A stretch of 64,000 bases of DNA, from the NCBI GenBank assembly GCA_051530055.1, contig CM121341.1, positions 1,364,001 through 1,428,000 of the forward strand, written 5' to 3'. This stretch comes from Neoechinorhynchus agilis. Taxonomy: Eukaryota; Animalia; Acanthocephala. The notes under the pieces are model-generated. The model saw nothing but the letters and a program-made list of their open reading frames with translations, ran no database searches and was not told the DNA's origin. Below, in pieces: positions 47,301 to 60,159 of the stretch. How positions within the stretch are numbered: the first letter of the stretch is position 1; each line of letters starts with the position of its first letter. Made by a program: the position numbers and the translations under genes.

Positions 47301-49095
47301 TCCTTTTCAACTGGTGAAGCAGCTCTCTCTAGAAAGTGCGCTTTCTCGAATAGTCAACCACCTGACTGGAGAGGACCTGAACCCCGTTGCAAAGGACCTA
47401 TTTTTCGGAGCCTCATTGTGTGCGCTCACAAAAAAAGAAGGTGGGATCCGTCCCATCGCCGTATCTTCGACGATACGCCGATTCGCAGGAAAGATTCTCT
47501 GCAAACGTATTACAGAGAAAACCGGCCAGCAACTTCGTCCAGTCCAACTGGGCTGCTGCACATCCTGCGGGGCGGAAGCTATTGTCCACGCGCTCCTAAA
47601 CTCTACTACGAGGAGTTCAGAGCCGTTCGTGATTCTTAAGTGTGATTTTCGGAACGCCTTTAACTCTCTCAATAGAGAAAACGCGTTCTGCGCTATTAGG
47701 GATCACGCACCAGAAGCCTTCCAGTATTTTCTCAATGCCTACGGGACGGCGACTCCTTTGCTTTTCGAAGACCACCTCATTTGGTCCGAAATAGGAGTGC
47801 AGCAAGGAGATCCCCTCGGTCCAATCCCATTCTCACTAACAGTAAATCCAATAGCGCACTCTCTCCATTTCAGCTTCAACTCTTGGTACTTGGTTGACGC
47901 TACACTGGGAGGTGATCCCTCCGTTGTATTGCGCGATTTGGAGACGCTGATTAGGGAGACTACGAGATTGGGCGTTGAGCTCAATGCTGGAAAGTGTGAG
48001 CTCCTAGTATTAAATATCGAAGACGCCGCCAGAGGCCGTAGCTCCAGGTCTGAAACTTGTGACTCCAGAGCAACTCAGCCTCCTGGGTAGTTGCGTCTTT
48101 GATTCAAATGTGGAAGTTGAGATCAGTCGTATCATACCGAAACTTTCGTTGCTGTGCGATAGGGTGAGCGCTCTCTCGGCTCACGAAGCGTTATTTATGA
48201 TAAAGAACGCACTCTTTATCCCTCAAACATAAGGAAGGATTGGCTAAGCTCGACGACAAGGTGAGGGCTTGCCTCGAACGTATTTTAAATGTTCAGCGCT
48301 CTGATGGGGCGTGGCGACAAGCATCATTGCCTGTGTCATCTGGAGGATTGGGCATTTGGGCGCTAGCAGACCTTGCCTTGCCAGCCCTTTTCTTGGATCG
48401 TATGAGGGGAGTCAACCGATAGCGAAGAAAATTTTGAAGGAAAAGTTCTGTCTTGACCGGGATTTCGTGGTGGCGGTTGAGGAATGGTGCCAGCAGACAG
48501 GCGCTAACCATGTTCCCGTGAATGGCCTCAGACAGTCGATCTGGAACAGACCTCTCGTCGCGAGACCTCACAGCTCTCTACTTTCAGGTTCTCGTTATGG
48601 GGTCGTCCGAGCTAGATTGCTGGCAGTTTCTACACGAGAATCGAGGGCGTGGTTTGAGACTGTTCCTCTGACATCTGTGGGAACTCTTCTCACTGATGAG
48701 GTAAAGAGGATCGCAGTGTTCTTAAGACTTTTTCTTTCGATATGCACGCCCCATCGCTGTCGATGTGGGTCTTTGGTTGATGCTTTCAGGCGACAAGGTC
48801 TCGTTTGCCTAAAGTCAGGTGGAAGGTTCTCACGCCATTCTGAGATCAATAGCGCAATTTCTCGGGCTTTGAGAACGGCGACCTTCCCCTCCCATCTTTG
48901 CCGACTAAACGGTCGTCGACCTGACGGAATTTCGGTCTCTCCGTGGCGGGATGGCGAATGTCTTCTCTGGAACGCCACGTGTGTGGACACCCTCGCAGTA
49001 AGCAACATTCCCTACTCTCGCGAAATCGCTGGAGGTGCAGCAGAAGGAAGGAAGGTACGAAAATATAGGGATTTAGCAAGGGCTTACTATTTTGT
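47300..49095 (+). mobile_element. CRE-like element, RT + Zn + REL endonuclease, 5'- and 3'-truncated, frameshifted
   Basis: KKEGGIRPIAV, LKCDFRNAFNS, GVQQGDPLGP, WYLVD (degenerate YLDD), HRCRCG, RHSEIN, RPDG, KVRKY. Confidence 0.92.
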
Positions 49096-49450
49096 CCCGG
49101 GCCGACCAACACATCGAGAATCCTTTGGGCCGTGAGCCCGAAATTCTCCCAATTTGGTAATTTTGATCTGCTTGTCACAGGCCGGGCAATTATGTGTTGA
49201 GACCCTCGGATATCGGGCAACATTCGCCTCACCTCCCAGAGTACTTGAAATTTCTGTTTGCCGCTTGTTCTCTACAGGTTGTTCGGACCAAAGTTGATTT
49301 TGTGAATTTGCAGCGTCGGTCCTCTCGTGAGGGGGCCTGCGTCAGCAGCTTTGATGGGACATGAGGCGAATCGTAGTTAGCTTAGATGGCAGTCCCGAGT
49401 GGAGCGAGAGGACGGCGGTGGAAACGTTGACATGCCGATTGCTTGTAGAT
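49095..49450 (-). mobile_element. Probable N-terminal (5') piece of a CRE-like element with zinc finger
   Basis: Hand translation CPACDKQIKITKLGEFRAHGPKDSRC (C-x2-C...H...C). Confidence 0.55.
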
Positions 49451-50379
49451 TTTTGCTTGTAAGTTAAGGCTAAAGCTGCGCAATCGACTTAGAGAGAAAT
49501 TCAATTTTACAAAAATATTTAATTGATGTTGCCGTAATGATTAATCATTAGCGTTTTATTGTTTAATTCCAACCTTCCCTATGCCCGAATCCGTTATCAT
49601 TTTCCAGGCAAGCTTTTCCTTTTGGCTTGCGAGAATGAACTGAACTTCGTGAAAATTGTTGACATTTTCGATTGTTTAAAACCTATACAAAATTCCGGGT
49701 TTTTTGAATTTTAAAGGCAGTATAACACTGACATGTTCTTTGTCGAAAATTTGAAATAATACTATGTAAATTTCGTTTTTTAACATTAACATTTTTGCTC
49801 CATCTTCCTTTTCTATCGATATTTCATAAAACGCGATATTTTCTTTAGAATATTCACGCTAAATCACTGAACCCAGTACACTTATGAGGTCATCGATTCA
49901 GTTTATATCGATCAATATCGACTTTTTGTAACCAATAAAACGTAGCCATTTCAAACTCTGCACTCGATTTTTTAAAAAACATAATAATCATTTGTTCAAC
50001 CGGGGACAGAGACTGTTTAAAAGCATAAAAACGTCGTAATTAAAATACTTTAAGTGTCTTGAAAATTTCTTTTGTTTTCCCGATAAAAATTGAACAAATG
50101 AATGTTTAAGCAGGCTAAACAAAATCGTAGAACAGCTACGTTATAGCTTTTAAAAGTAAAATTACGAAATTTATAAGCACTATGGATTCTCCATGTGCAA
50201 ATCATTTTAGATGGTTTACAGATAAATCTAAATCAATGGAAATGATAATTCTTAAATGTTACTTGCAAGCCGGTTCTATTGATTCATGTTATCACATCTC
50301 TTCCTCGGCTTTTTAGCATGAAGCCACACCGATTTCTTACATCAGAGAAATGATTGAATCACGTAGACTCTGAGGCAAA

Positions 50380-50610
50380 CGGTTATGGGTTTGTAATCAT
50401 CCCTCCGGATGCTCAGAGCTTCCTCCGGGGGTGGCGGGACTCATCAATGAGTTTCCTCTTCCCTTCAACGAGGTATTTCGTTCCCTTTGCTTGTGCATCA
50501 TTGGCGATCGTGGAATCGAACCTATCCACCCTGACATCGCTATACAACCGCTCTTTTCGACTTATCGGCGAAACCGCTCGAAGGTGATGTATCCCTGATG
50601 CTAGCAATAA
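50380..50610 (-). mobile_element. Possible SINE-like remnant: tRNA B-box followed by a Penelope-related tail
   Basis: Reverse strand has GGTTCGATTCC (~50510-50525), followed by sequence shared with 50870-50955 and 24265-24380. No full cloverleaf. Confidence 0.35.
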
Positions 50611-51041
50611 AACTTAAGCAACAATTCTTTAGTAATTTTTCGATAATGTACAAGGGCACCACAAAAGGCACCCTAAAATGAAAATCATTATTTTTCGAAA
50701 AATAATAATTGATTCCCTTTACTGCACCCCACGAACTAAACCATTAAGTCGCATAGAAGGTGGAGAGAAAATTAGAGATTATAACATATTTGCAACCTGC
50801 TTCACTTTTAAATGTCTCAGGATTAACACTTCAAAGAATCGTCAATGCCCCAAGACCGTAACGGTTATAAGTTTGTACATCCCTCTGGATTCTCAGATAC
50901 CTCTAGGAGGCGGGACTCATCAGTGAGTTTCCTCCCTTCAGCAGTATTTCGTCCCCTAGGGATGTAAGTCTGCTTAAATAACAGTCGCAGTAACTAATTA
51001 ATTTGCTGACATTTTAACTTACATCGACATTTAATCACAGC

Positions 51042-51113
51042 GGCTTGGTGGTCTAGTGGTATGATTCTCGCTTAGGGTGCGAGAGGTCCCGGGTTCAATT
51101 CCCGGCCAAGCCC
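51042..51113 (+). tRNA. tRNA-Pro(AGG)
   Basis: GGCTTGG...GATTCTCGCTT AGG GTGCGAGAGGTCCCGGGTTCAATTCCCGG CCAAGCC C: acceptor, anticodon and T stems pair; matches the eukaryotic tRNA-Pro pattern. Confidence 0.97.
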
Positions 51114-51439
51114 GCGAAACAGCTCCAAACAAGCAAGGGGTTAAATTCCGTCAACTACGCAGCGGCTTCTTCGATAGTCAAAACGTCACCAAAACAAAAC
51201 ATAAATTCTTTTCTTAGAATTTTTTATATGTGGCTCAGCCGATAGTCTTTGGCTATATATTTCTTTCCACACACGGCCGAATGGACAGTCAGGCCCGCGA
51301 TTTTTGGTCTGGAAAGCGCTGATCTGCGCTCAATGCCCCAGGCCGTGTGTGGAAAGAAATATCTATCATAATTCCTTATTTTACGTCTTAAATTTCGAGA
51401 TCTAGAGACACTTTTTGTTATACACACAACAAAACGTTT

Positions 51440-52625
51440 CAGCAATCACCACCGTCCACGAAGAAGCATTGCTCTCCCCTCAGTGGTCGCGACCACACTC
51501 GCTGCGTTTCCTCTTTGGATCGTGAGACCAATGTTTTGGCGTAGGAAGGCACCAGCTCTTGTATTTCCTCTCTTGGCCAGGAGTCTACACGATAACTCCT
51601 TCGTAAGTCTAAGTGCCGAGCTACCGAGCGCACCAAGAGTCTCAACTCCAAAGGGTATAAAAACGTGAGACCTACTTAATTCTTTATATTTCGCCACCTT
51701 TCGGTCCTCCGCGGCAGTAGCCGCTTTCGCCTGGGGACTGCACCACAAACCTCCTGTTACTTGTACGCAACTTGTACAGCAACTTCGGAAGGAACAGGGC
51801 ACTCTTTATTAAAAATAATGCCTGATGGGATGGAAGTTCCTTCGTACGCTTGCAGAGCAATTCGACTCTCGGCGCTATTTGGACGATATCCTCGGGTATA
51901 TTTATATCAAAAACGCAACTACCCAGAAGAAACAGTTGAGCACGCGAAATTATTTTGATGTTAGGTGCTAGCTGCGTAAAGCTGTTGAGGATCTCAGTTT
52001 GACTAGCGGCGTTTTCTGCATTCATCGCAAACAGCTCACATTTCGAGGTATTAAGCTCAACGCCGAGCTTGGCAGCTTCCCTCATGACGGCCTCCAAATC
52101 TCGCAACACCAAGGGAGGGAGACCCACCGAGTGTTGCATCGTCCAAATACCAAGCATTAAACTTGGATTGGAGCGAATGAGCGATCGGGTTGACGGCAAG
52201 AGAGAAACCGATAGGACCGAGAGGATCACCTTGTTGGACACCTCGTTGAGACCAGATGATACGGTCGTTGAAAACAAGAGGAGTCTCAGTCCCACAGGCG
52301 TTGAGGAAATACTGTTATGCGTCCGGTGCGTAAGTTGCGACAGCTTCTAGGAGCACACTGCGATCAACACATTCGAAGGCGTTTCGGAAGTCGCACTTGA
52401 GCACAACACAGGACTCTGAACTGTTTGTGACAAAGGAGCGAAGTGCGTGCACGACAGCTTCGGCTCCGCAAGGCGTACAGCAACCGAGTTGTATCGGGTG
52501 GAAAAGTTAGCCAAGATCCACTGCAAGACGTTTGCAAAGAATCTTTGCTGCAAGACGCCGAAGTGTCGATCTTATAGCGATGGGACGAATCCGACCGTCT
52601 TTCTTTTTAAGGGCACAGAGTGAAG
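51440..52625 (-). mobile_element. CRE-like element, internally deleted
   Basis: kkdgrirpia-like RT start at ~52590, LLGSCVFD, LFLIKSALFLPK, KYKELSRSHVFIPFGVETLG, QRGNAASV. Confidence 0.88.
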
Positions 52626-52867
52626 CGAGACAAGAAATTACCATTTGTCAAAAAAAATTCTTAACGTGGAAAAAAAATTAGAATTAAAAATAGTTTATAA
52701 ATTTTAGAGGCACTGGGAAACTCAATAAGACCAAATAAATAGCTAATGCGAAGCCGTAATACTTTCTTACAGGCTGAATTGTATAATTGTGCTAACAAAA
52801 TCGATCGAAATTTTTACTTTGCTGGGAAGGTAGTTTCAAATAAAAACCGTTCGAGACAACTTTAATT

Positions 52868-53504
52868 TTATTTTTCGTTTCTTGCCTTTCTATGTCTCAG
52901 GCGAGTTACGATGCACACCATAATACCAATGATCGCCAAAGCCGACAATACAATTGCACCAATAATCAATTCCCAATTCGTGCTTCTTGGCACCGCTTTT
53001 CCGGATACAATGTTTTCAGACATTATTGAAGCATCTGTTAGAAGGGTTGAATGTATCGTTGATTCTGTAGTCGAGGACGTTGACCTTTCAGTTGTTGCCG
53101 TATCAAATGTACTTGGCGCTTTTGTTGCTGTTGTAAAAAATTCGATGGCACCTAAACAGTTTGTAGATTCACTTCAGCTAATAAAAGATATGATTTACAA
53201 CTTAATTCTGAACACAAATTTTAATCGTTTTTTATGGAATTTGACTAAGTGTCATGAACTGCCTTAATCGTTTCATTTAAAATATAAAACAATTTTTCCT
53301 CTTTTACTTCTTAGTTTTAAAACGCATTTTGAGAAACAAAATAACATCACCTTTCTCGTTGTCGAGCCCTTTATCTTCGTTGTTTGTCGCATCTAAATAT
53401 CTCATCAAACAAATTTGCCTAAGCAGTAAAGATTTTAATAACTTACATGAAGTGAGTTCTATCAAAGTCAAATGAAAAAATGCGAACAGAAGCTTATTAT
53501 GCAT
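52868..53504 (-). CDS. Putative single-pass type I membrane protein: signal peptide, Ser/Thr-rich stalk, TM helix, basic tail
   Basis: Exon 1 MHNKLLFAFFHLTLIELTSC...; last exon hand-translated FTTATKAPSTFDTATTERSTSSTTEST...WELIIGAIVLSALAIIGIMVCIV TRLRHRKARNEK*. The splice junction needs a one-base correction or an unseen exon. Confidence 0.6.
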
Positions 53505-53764
53505 TTCTTTGTATACTAAAGTTTTAAGTTTTAGAATCGAGTCTTAATGCGCGTCTCGATTTATAGTCTTTTGGTCTACAAAGTCTATTTTTAAATTCAT
53601 GCAACAAACATTTTAAGTTGTATTTGAAGTTTTACGTGGGTTTATAGTATTTTTGTCTTCAAAGTCTATTTTTAAACTTGCGCGACGGACATTTTACGTT
53701 TCACTTTTAAGGTTCTAATGAATTTAGTAGTTTATTATAAATGTCGTGAAATCATTCATACCAC

Positions 53765-53870
53765 CGCTCGGGATCACTCAGCTGCCGTCTTGGTGCAACG
53801 GTCCAAATGACGGGTGAAGCGTTCCTTCTCGTTGCTTTGCTCCTGCCCTCTGATCGCCAGTAATTCGTAA
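53765..53870 (-). mobile_element. CRE-like extreme 3'-end fragment
   Basis: Similar to 13630-13750 (ggatcactcagctgccg...ctcctgccctctgatcgccagt). Confidence 0.75.
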
Positions 53871-54285
53871 TCTGACGCTTACAAGTAATAATTTAGTAAT
53901 ATCACAAGGATGATACCATGTTTGCAGTTATCAGAAAATGTTTCACTCTTTTGTTTTAGTCAATATTTCCACATGTTTCAATCGATGAGATTAATGAAGC
54001 ATTTTTTAAAACAATCTTTTTAAAACATAAGCTAGCAAGCTAACGATTCAAACAATCTGACCGAAAATTGAAAGCAATTAAAAATTCTTTGTCAGCGAAG
54101 ATTAAAATGACACGTCCGCATTCATTGCCCTTTATTTCGAAAGCGATTGGGGTTCTCAATCTTTTTAGTATTAATGCATGACGAAATTTTTAACCGGTTA
54201 GGTGAAAAAATTTTTTATAAGAGAAACAAATTTTACTGATTTATTATTAAAACGCTTACTCGTAAGGGGGTTTAAAAACCCAAAA

Positions 54286-54578
54286 ATCGATAGAAAGTCC
54301 TTCAGGATAATAAAATTACACTTTCGGTGAGAATAATCCCGGTCATTACATATTTTATTTATTCGAAACATTTCGCGAGGTATCCTCGCCTCTTCAGTCA
54401 TCGCTTGTAAGTATTTACGACGTTGCTTATTCGAAACTCTAATATTTAAAAACTTACAAGCGATGACTGAAGAGGCGAGGATACCTCGCGAAATGTTTCG
54501 AATAAATAAAATATGTAATGACCGGGATTATTCTCACCGAAAGTGTAATTTTATTATCCTGAAGGACTTTCTATCGAT
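54286..54578. repeat. 127-bp perfect inverted repeat with 39-nt spacer; each arm carries a hammerhead-like motif
   Basis: Arms 54286-54412 and 54452-54578; identical ORF starts on opposite strands (54198..54401 and 54463..54645). Confidence 0.95.
54460..54502 (+). ncRNA. Minimal hammerhead-like motif (mirror copy on - at ~54362-54404)
   Basis: GAUGA-CUGAAGA-G-GCGAGG-AUA-CCUCGC-GAAA-UG-UU-UCG; perfect 6-bp stem II, weak stem I. Confidence 0.55.
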
Positions 54579-55439
54579 GATTATACGATCTATTTTGTTT
54601 GAAACTTATATTCTTATTTTCGTTTATCAACTCTTGCAAATATAAATTTATAAAACATAAACGTTAAATGTCAAATTTGAGTACGAATACTCGTGAAAGG
54701 AGCTCTTTTAAGCCAATCAATAACCTCGTCTTTCAATGTAATCTACGTAGCTCGTTTTGTTAGGAATTACTAATAAGGACATCGAGAGAATATTTGTTAG
54801 CGCAAACTATGGATTGCGATTTTTTTCCATAAAATTAAAAAACCATTATAACGGATTTTTTTCTGAATGTCAATGAAGCTACGCAGCAATAATGGTCTCA
54901 CATTTTTGAAAAATGCTTTTGTCCCATATCATAATAATAACCTCGATATTTCGGAAAATGGCACAAAAACATCGTGGACATAAAATCGATATCTGAAATA
55001 AAAATATTCAAATTTATTTTAGTAGGTGACGCTGCCCAGTCCCTTGGAGATGCATTTGCACGCAATAAAACTCCGCTGTGCGGAGTTGGAATTAAACTTT
55101 AAGGGCGCAAAATAATTCTGAATAAAATGTTATTACACAAAGGATCTAAGACTGTGCACCGTAAAAAAAGAAGAGCGATTTATTTGGATTTCACAAAGTT
55201 TCCTACTGAGAAAAGTTAGAAATAAAAGGCACGAAGCGTACTTAATAAAATTTGGTCGAACCCTAAAAACTGGCAAAAATGTTGGTTTTGTTTTAAAGTG
55301 AGTTTAGAGATCGAGAAACGTAAAATAAAACTGCGATTATGAATTGATGACTAAGGCTGAATGTTGATTATTACAATCATAGAGTCAATGATGTGAATCT
55401 GTTATACTCACACACCCACACTCCTTATAGCTTTCTCTC

Positions 55440-58280
55440 ATACTAGAGAGGTCGCTTTGTTAGCTTATCCTTAAAAATCAAACTTCATCCAATCGTCTTA
55501 GGTCCTCCATCACACTATCCATCTTTTTTCGGCCTTCCCCGTTTCCTCTTCCCCTTGGTCTCAGTATGTCCGGCGCTCTTTATCCAATCGTCTTCCGCTC
55601 GTTGCTCGACATGATGGAACCATCGCATTCTTCTTTTGGATATCACTTCCTGCACCGGCTCGACGTGGAACATTTTTCTAATCTCGGCCTTGGGGTATTT
55701 TATCTCTGCGTGTTACTCCAGCTGACCATCTCAGCGTCCTCATTTCATTTACGGTCAATCTTTGTATATTCTCCTTTTTTGTAGCCCAAGTCTCCGCTGC
55801 GTATACCATTGCAAGTCTTCCCACGACTTTGTACACGCTCCGTTTGAGCTTGTTCAGGAGACGTTTATCGCACAGGATGCCCGTTACTCTTTTCCAGTTA
55901 TTCCACCCGCATTGAAATCTTTGTCCGATCTCTGGCGCATGTTCACAGGACATGCTTAGCAGGCTGCCCAGATATTTGAAGTTGTTCCTCTTTTCGACGT
56001 TAACTTCCTGCATGCCTACTTCGCCTGGTCCCATATCGTTTTGCTCCTGCTAATTTTCAGGCCATTGCTTTCTAAGAGCTGTCGCCGACTCTTCAATATT
56101 TTCTCGAGTGTCACCGAGTCCCTCGCCGTGAGCAGCAGATCATCTGCTAATAATGTCGTCCAGGGCGCGTTCATCTTCATCTCCTCATTTCCTAGGACAT
56201 CGATGACTGTCGCGAACAAGAATGGGCTTAGAACTGAGCCTTGATATAGACCAATGGACACCTGGAAATAATCTATCCTTCCTATTTGACATTGTACGTT
56301 GGTGTAACACTTTTTATACATCGTTTTGATCGTGGTCACATAATGCTCTCGACAGTTTCTTTTCCTCAAACAGGCCCAAATCAGGTCTCGGGACACGGTG
56401 TTATATGCTTTCTCCAGGTCGATGAAGACGCTATGCAACGGACAATGCTTCTCATTAAATTTTTCATAGCACGAAGATAACGTCAATTGTGCTTCTACCT
56501 GGCATAAAGCCGCGCTGGTCTTCGCTGATTTGGTACTCCTCCCAAATCCTATTGTCAACCATTCGCTCCCCCAATTTCATTGTGTGGGACAGCAGCTTCA
56601 TGCCACGGTAATTGGTACACTGCAGAATATTTCCTTTACCCTTAAAAATCAGCACAAGTATGCTTCATTGCCATGCTGACGGAATGAATCTTTTGCTCTG
56701 CATCTATCTTTCGAAAGAGTCTAGTAAGCAGTTTGAGTCCGAAGGCGTCCAAACATTTCCATAAGTCAATCGGGATGTTTTCTGGACCGGCACTCTTACC
56801 AATCTTCATCCTTCTGATCTGCGATGCGGCAATCATTTATTCTCGGTGTTCAGGAGAGATCCGAAGTACTCCTTCCATCTGCTCAAAATATCGTTGTTTT
56901 GATCGAGCATCCTATCCTCGCTGCCGTTGATCATTTTGTGTCGTACGATGTCCCTTGACCTTTTGTCCCGGATTTTGGTCAACTTGAAGAAAATATCCCT
57001 CCCATTATCTCTCCAGCTGGTCATATAGCTCTTGATCGGCTTCCCTCTTTGCTTTGAAGCATTCTCGGACAGCCTTCCTTTTTTGCGTTTTTGTATGCGT
57101 CTTTATTATGGGTTGAAGAATCGAAATCTAATATTTTCCTCGCTGCTCTTTTGACTGATTACGTCCTTGACCGTTTGACTCCACCACCACGCCTCGTTGT
57201 TCGGAAGTGGAGGTTTCCCCGACGTCATTCCCAAGATGATTTTGGCTTCCCGAAGGATAACTTCAGCCGTCTCATCCCACCAGGTTTCTACTTAGACTAC
57301 GTCCTCGCTTAGTTTCTGGGGGAGCACAATCACAATCTTTTCTTTGAGGGCAGGATCTTTTAGCTTCCACGACTTGATGTTTGCCTTTTACCCTAATCCT
57401 AAGGTCGGCCACGAGTAATCTATGTTGCATCGCACACTCCTCTCCTAGTATTATCTTGACATTCCAGACTTCGCCCCACTTCGCTATCGGGTACAAAATA
57501 AAATTGATTTGATCTTCCACCGTTTGAGTATGTGTAAAGGTGCCGTGGGTCTTTTTTGAAGTATGTATTCTAAATACGCAACTCCAACGCCGTTGTATAA
57601 TCCAACAGTCTTACACCCTCGGCGTTCCTTGATCCTACACTGTGTCCTCCATGAATTCGCTCGTAGCCATCTCTCGGTCCCACGTGTCCGTGATAGATCC
57701 AGCCAAAATTCATCTTTCTCCTCCTCGCTGCAATCGACCTGCGGGGTGTATGCAGCCACTACTGTCGTGATTTCACCACTCCCGTTTCTCCTCACCACCA
57801 TAACTCGATCACTTGTTCTTTTCACTTCCATTACATCGTCGACTATGTCTTTAGCGATTACAATACTGACCCCATTTCTACCACTTGTTCCGCCACTATA
57901 AATTAGTTTATAACCTTCTCCAACTTCTTTAGCCTTGCGTATTTTCCATCGTAGTTCTTCTATCCCGAGTATCTGAAATTTTCTTCTGCTCATCAAATCG
58001 ACCACTTCTCGACTTCTCCCTGTCATAAAACCAATTCTTATTTTTATGACTACTCGTTTCTTTAGCCAGGCCCGTCGCTTACCCGATAACCCTAATTCAT
58101 TTTTCGCATCCTCCGGGCGCCGAGTCTGCGCGTCGCATAAGGGGTATGCCCTTGTCAGATCGTTCGAAATTAAAGAACTTGACATTGGCATAGATAGTTT
58201 TGGCACAGGGTTTTAAGGCCGGATGCCCTTCCTGACGTCAACCCTCCCCATTTGTCCGGGCTTGGGACCGGCACCGAGTT
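55440..58280 (-). mobile_element. RTE-clade LINE, near full length, degenerate; 5' ~0.9 kb nearly identical to the 5935-6830 copy
   Basis: ORF 57484..58206 differs from 6019..6741 by one residue; RT motifs YRGMKLLSHTMKL, FIDLEKAY, GLYQGSVLSP, LLADD. Confidence 0.92.
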
Positions 58281-58734
58281 TCCCCGATGGCTTGGTTGCG
58301 AATGTGTTATAATCAATAATGTTTTGTTCAAAAAACGCAAAGTGCTCTGAAAAAGCTGAAAAATGTTCCATGAACTAATAAGAAAATAAAAGAATGTTGA
58401 GAGGCCTTACATACATCTCGGCAACCGACACCACGGAAGGTAACAATTCGAGCTTCAGTTTAAAATTGGCTATCAGTTACCTGATGAAAATGAATTAAAA
58501 GCGCTACACAATGCAGGGAATACGAGCGGACATATTCTCAACCCGAGCTTAAAAAAAACTTTCGTAAAAAAAACAAAAAATGTGGAAATAAAACTCTAAG
58601 TTACTTCATCGTAGCCTCTGGGCAAAAAATGACATTATTTTGGTGAGGTATTTACCTAAAAAGTTTCGTTTTCTCATAAAAGAGCGAGCGCACAACGCGA
58701 ATAATTTAGAAGAATTTCACACGAACTCGAATAT

Positions 58735-59105
58735 TTAAAAACTTACAAGCAGTAAGTATTGGCGAGCAGCCAAAGCCCAATGACGACCAAAGATGCGATT
58801 GCATCTCAGAGGGCACATTGAAGAAATGAAAGATAATTAAACTCTCGAATCGTTGTGATTGACATAAAATGCGGTGGTTACTGAAATCAAAAATTTGGAA
58901 GCTTCTTAAGGTCGCAAAGGTTAAAATGCATTTGCCAAGTAATTTGAAAAGGATCTCTCGAAGAAATTGAGAGGCAACCGGAGACTCAAGAGCAGGCGTA
59001 TTCCTTCGACAAAATATCACGCTGGCAGTACAACGAGGCAATGCTGCCAGCGTGATGGCGACGGTCGAGGAAGGACAAAAGCTGGAATTTGGCGGGAGGT
59101 GGTGA
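58735..59105 (+). mobile_element. CRE-like 3' end fused to the repeat shared with ~5130-5340
   Basis: gatctctcgaagaaattgagaggcaaccggagactcaagagcagg...ggtggtga matches 25640-25793. Confidence 0.8.
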
Positions 59106-60159
59106 GTGTGTTTCAAACAGATTGTTAACCTTTACTAAAATGTTATTAATGAAATTAACGACATTAAAAAAATATACAAAACAATTATGAGAGTTTCATG
59201 TTGTGTTGCAGTCTCAGGCTTAGTTTCTTTTTCGAGAAACCACTTTCTTTAAAAACGATACGAATTTGCACCCTCTTTGGAATCGCGCTCGGAAAGCTCC
59301 CTTTCCCATTTTTTTAAAAGCGCTCACCCATCGGAATTGATGCTTTTTTGCTCGCTTTAAAGTGTACGGTTCGTGTTTATATATTAAAAGAAACAAAATT
59401 GTGCTTGGTTATTGTTTTTGAAAACGCAGGGATCTAAGTCAATTTCTCTTAAACGTGAAATGAACGAAGTCCGGGAAAAAGGCTCGCTTATAAGAACTTA
59501 AAACAATGTCACACTTAAAAATACGAAGATGAAACTTCTGGATTCAAGGTTCGATTTGCTGTTAGAACGAACCTATTGAATTTCATCTTGAAAGAATATA
59601 AACACGCTTTATTTATGTAAGAAATGCACGATCCACACACTTGCCAGCATCTATCTTTGTTGAAGGTGTCTGGATGACGGATGTTGAAGGCAAGGGAGGT
59701 GGGACTTGTTTTTGAATGGGTGTTAGTGTGCGATCGGAGGCTTTGTACAGGAGATGACCGACTAGGAGTCTTTCCTTGTTCTCTGGTTATTAAGGAAAGA
59801 TTGGGCTTGGGAGAAGAAATTGGGCTTGGGGCAGAAATAAAAGCACTGTGAAATTAGAAAATTGCTTTAGGAGAACAGGTACAAAAAATAAACGATGAAT
59901 GCAACTATCGATGGAAATTGTTCATCAACTCCGTAGCGAAATTTATCGCTGGCGTGTGAAATTATTAGTCGTTTTAAACACCAAAATTGCAATTGCATTT
60001 ACGATCGATCACTGGTCCGCTAAAGTAATTCCAACCAATAGTAATCTGAAGGAGAATGTTCCGAAGGACGTATAGAATATCGTTGCCGCCCTGAGTTTGC
60101 TGTGTTAAAGATGTTCAGAGCCCATCTCACGAGACCGTTCTTTATTAAAAACTGACTCT

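Noticed and set aside
52911-53267. 118-aa + strand ORF
   Set aside because: It is the antisense shadow of the better-supported minus-strand membrane-protein exon.
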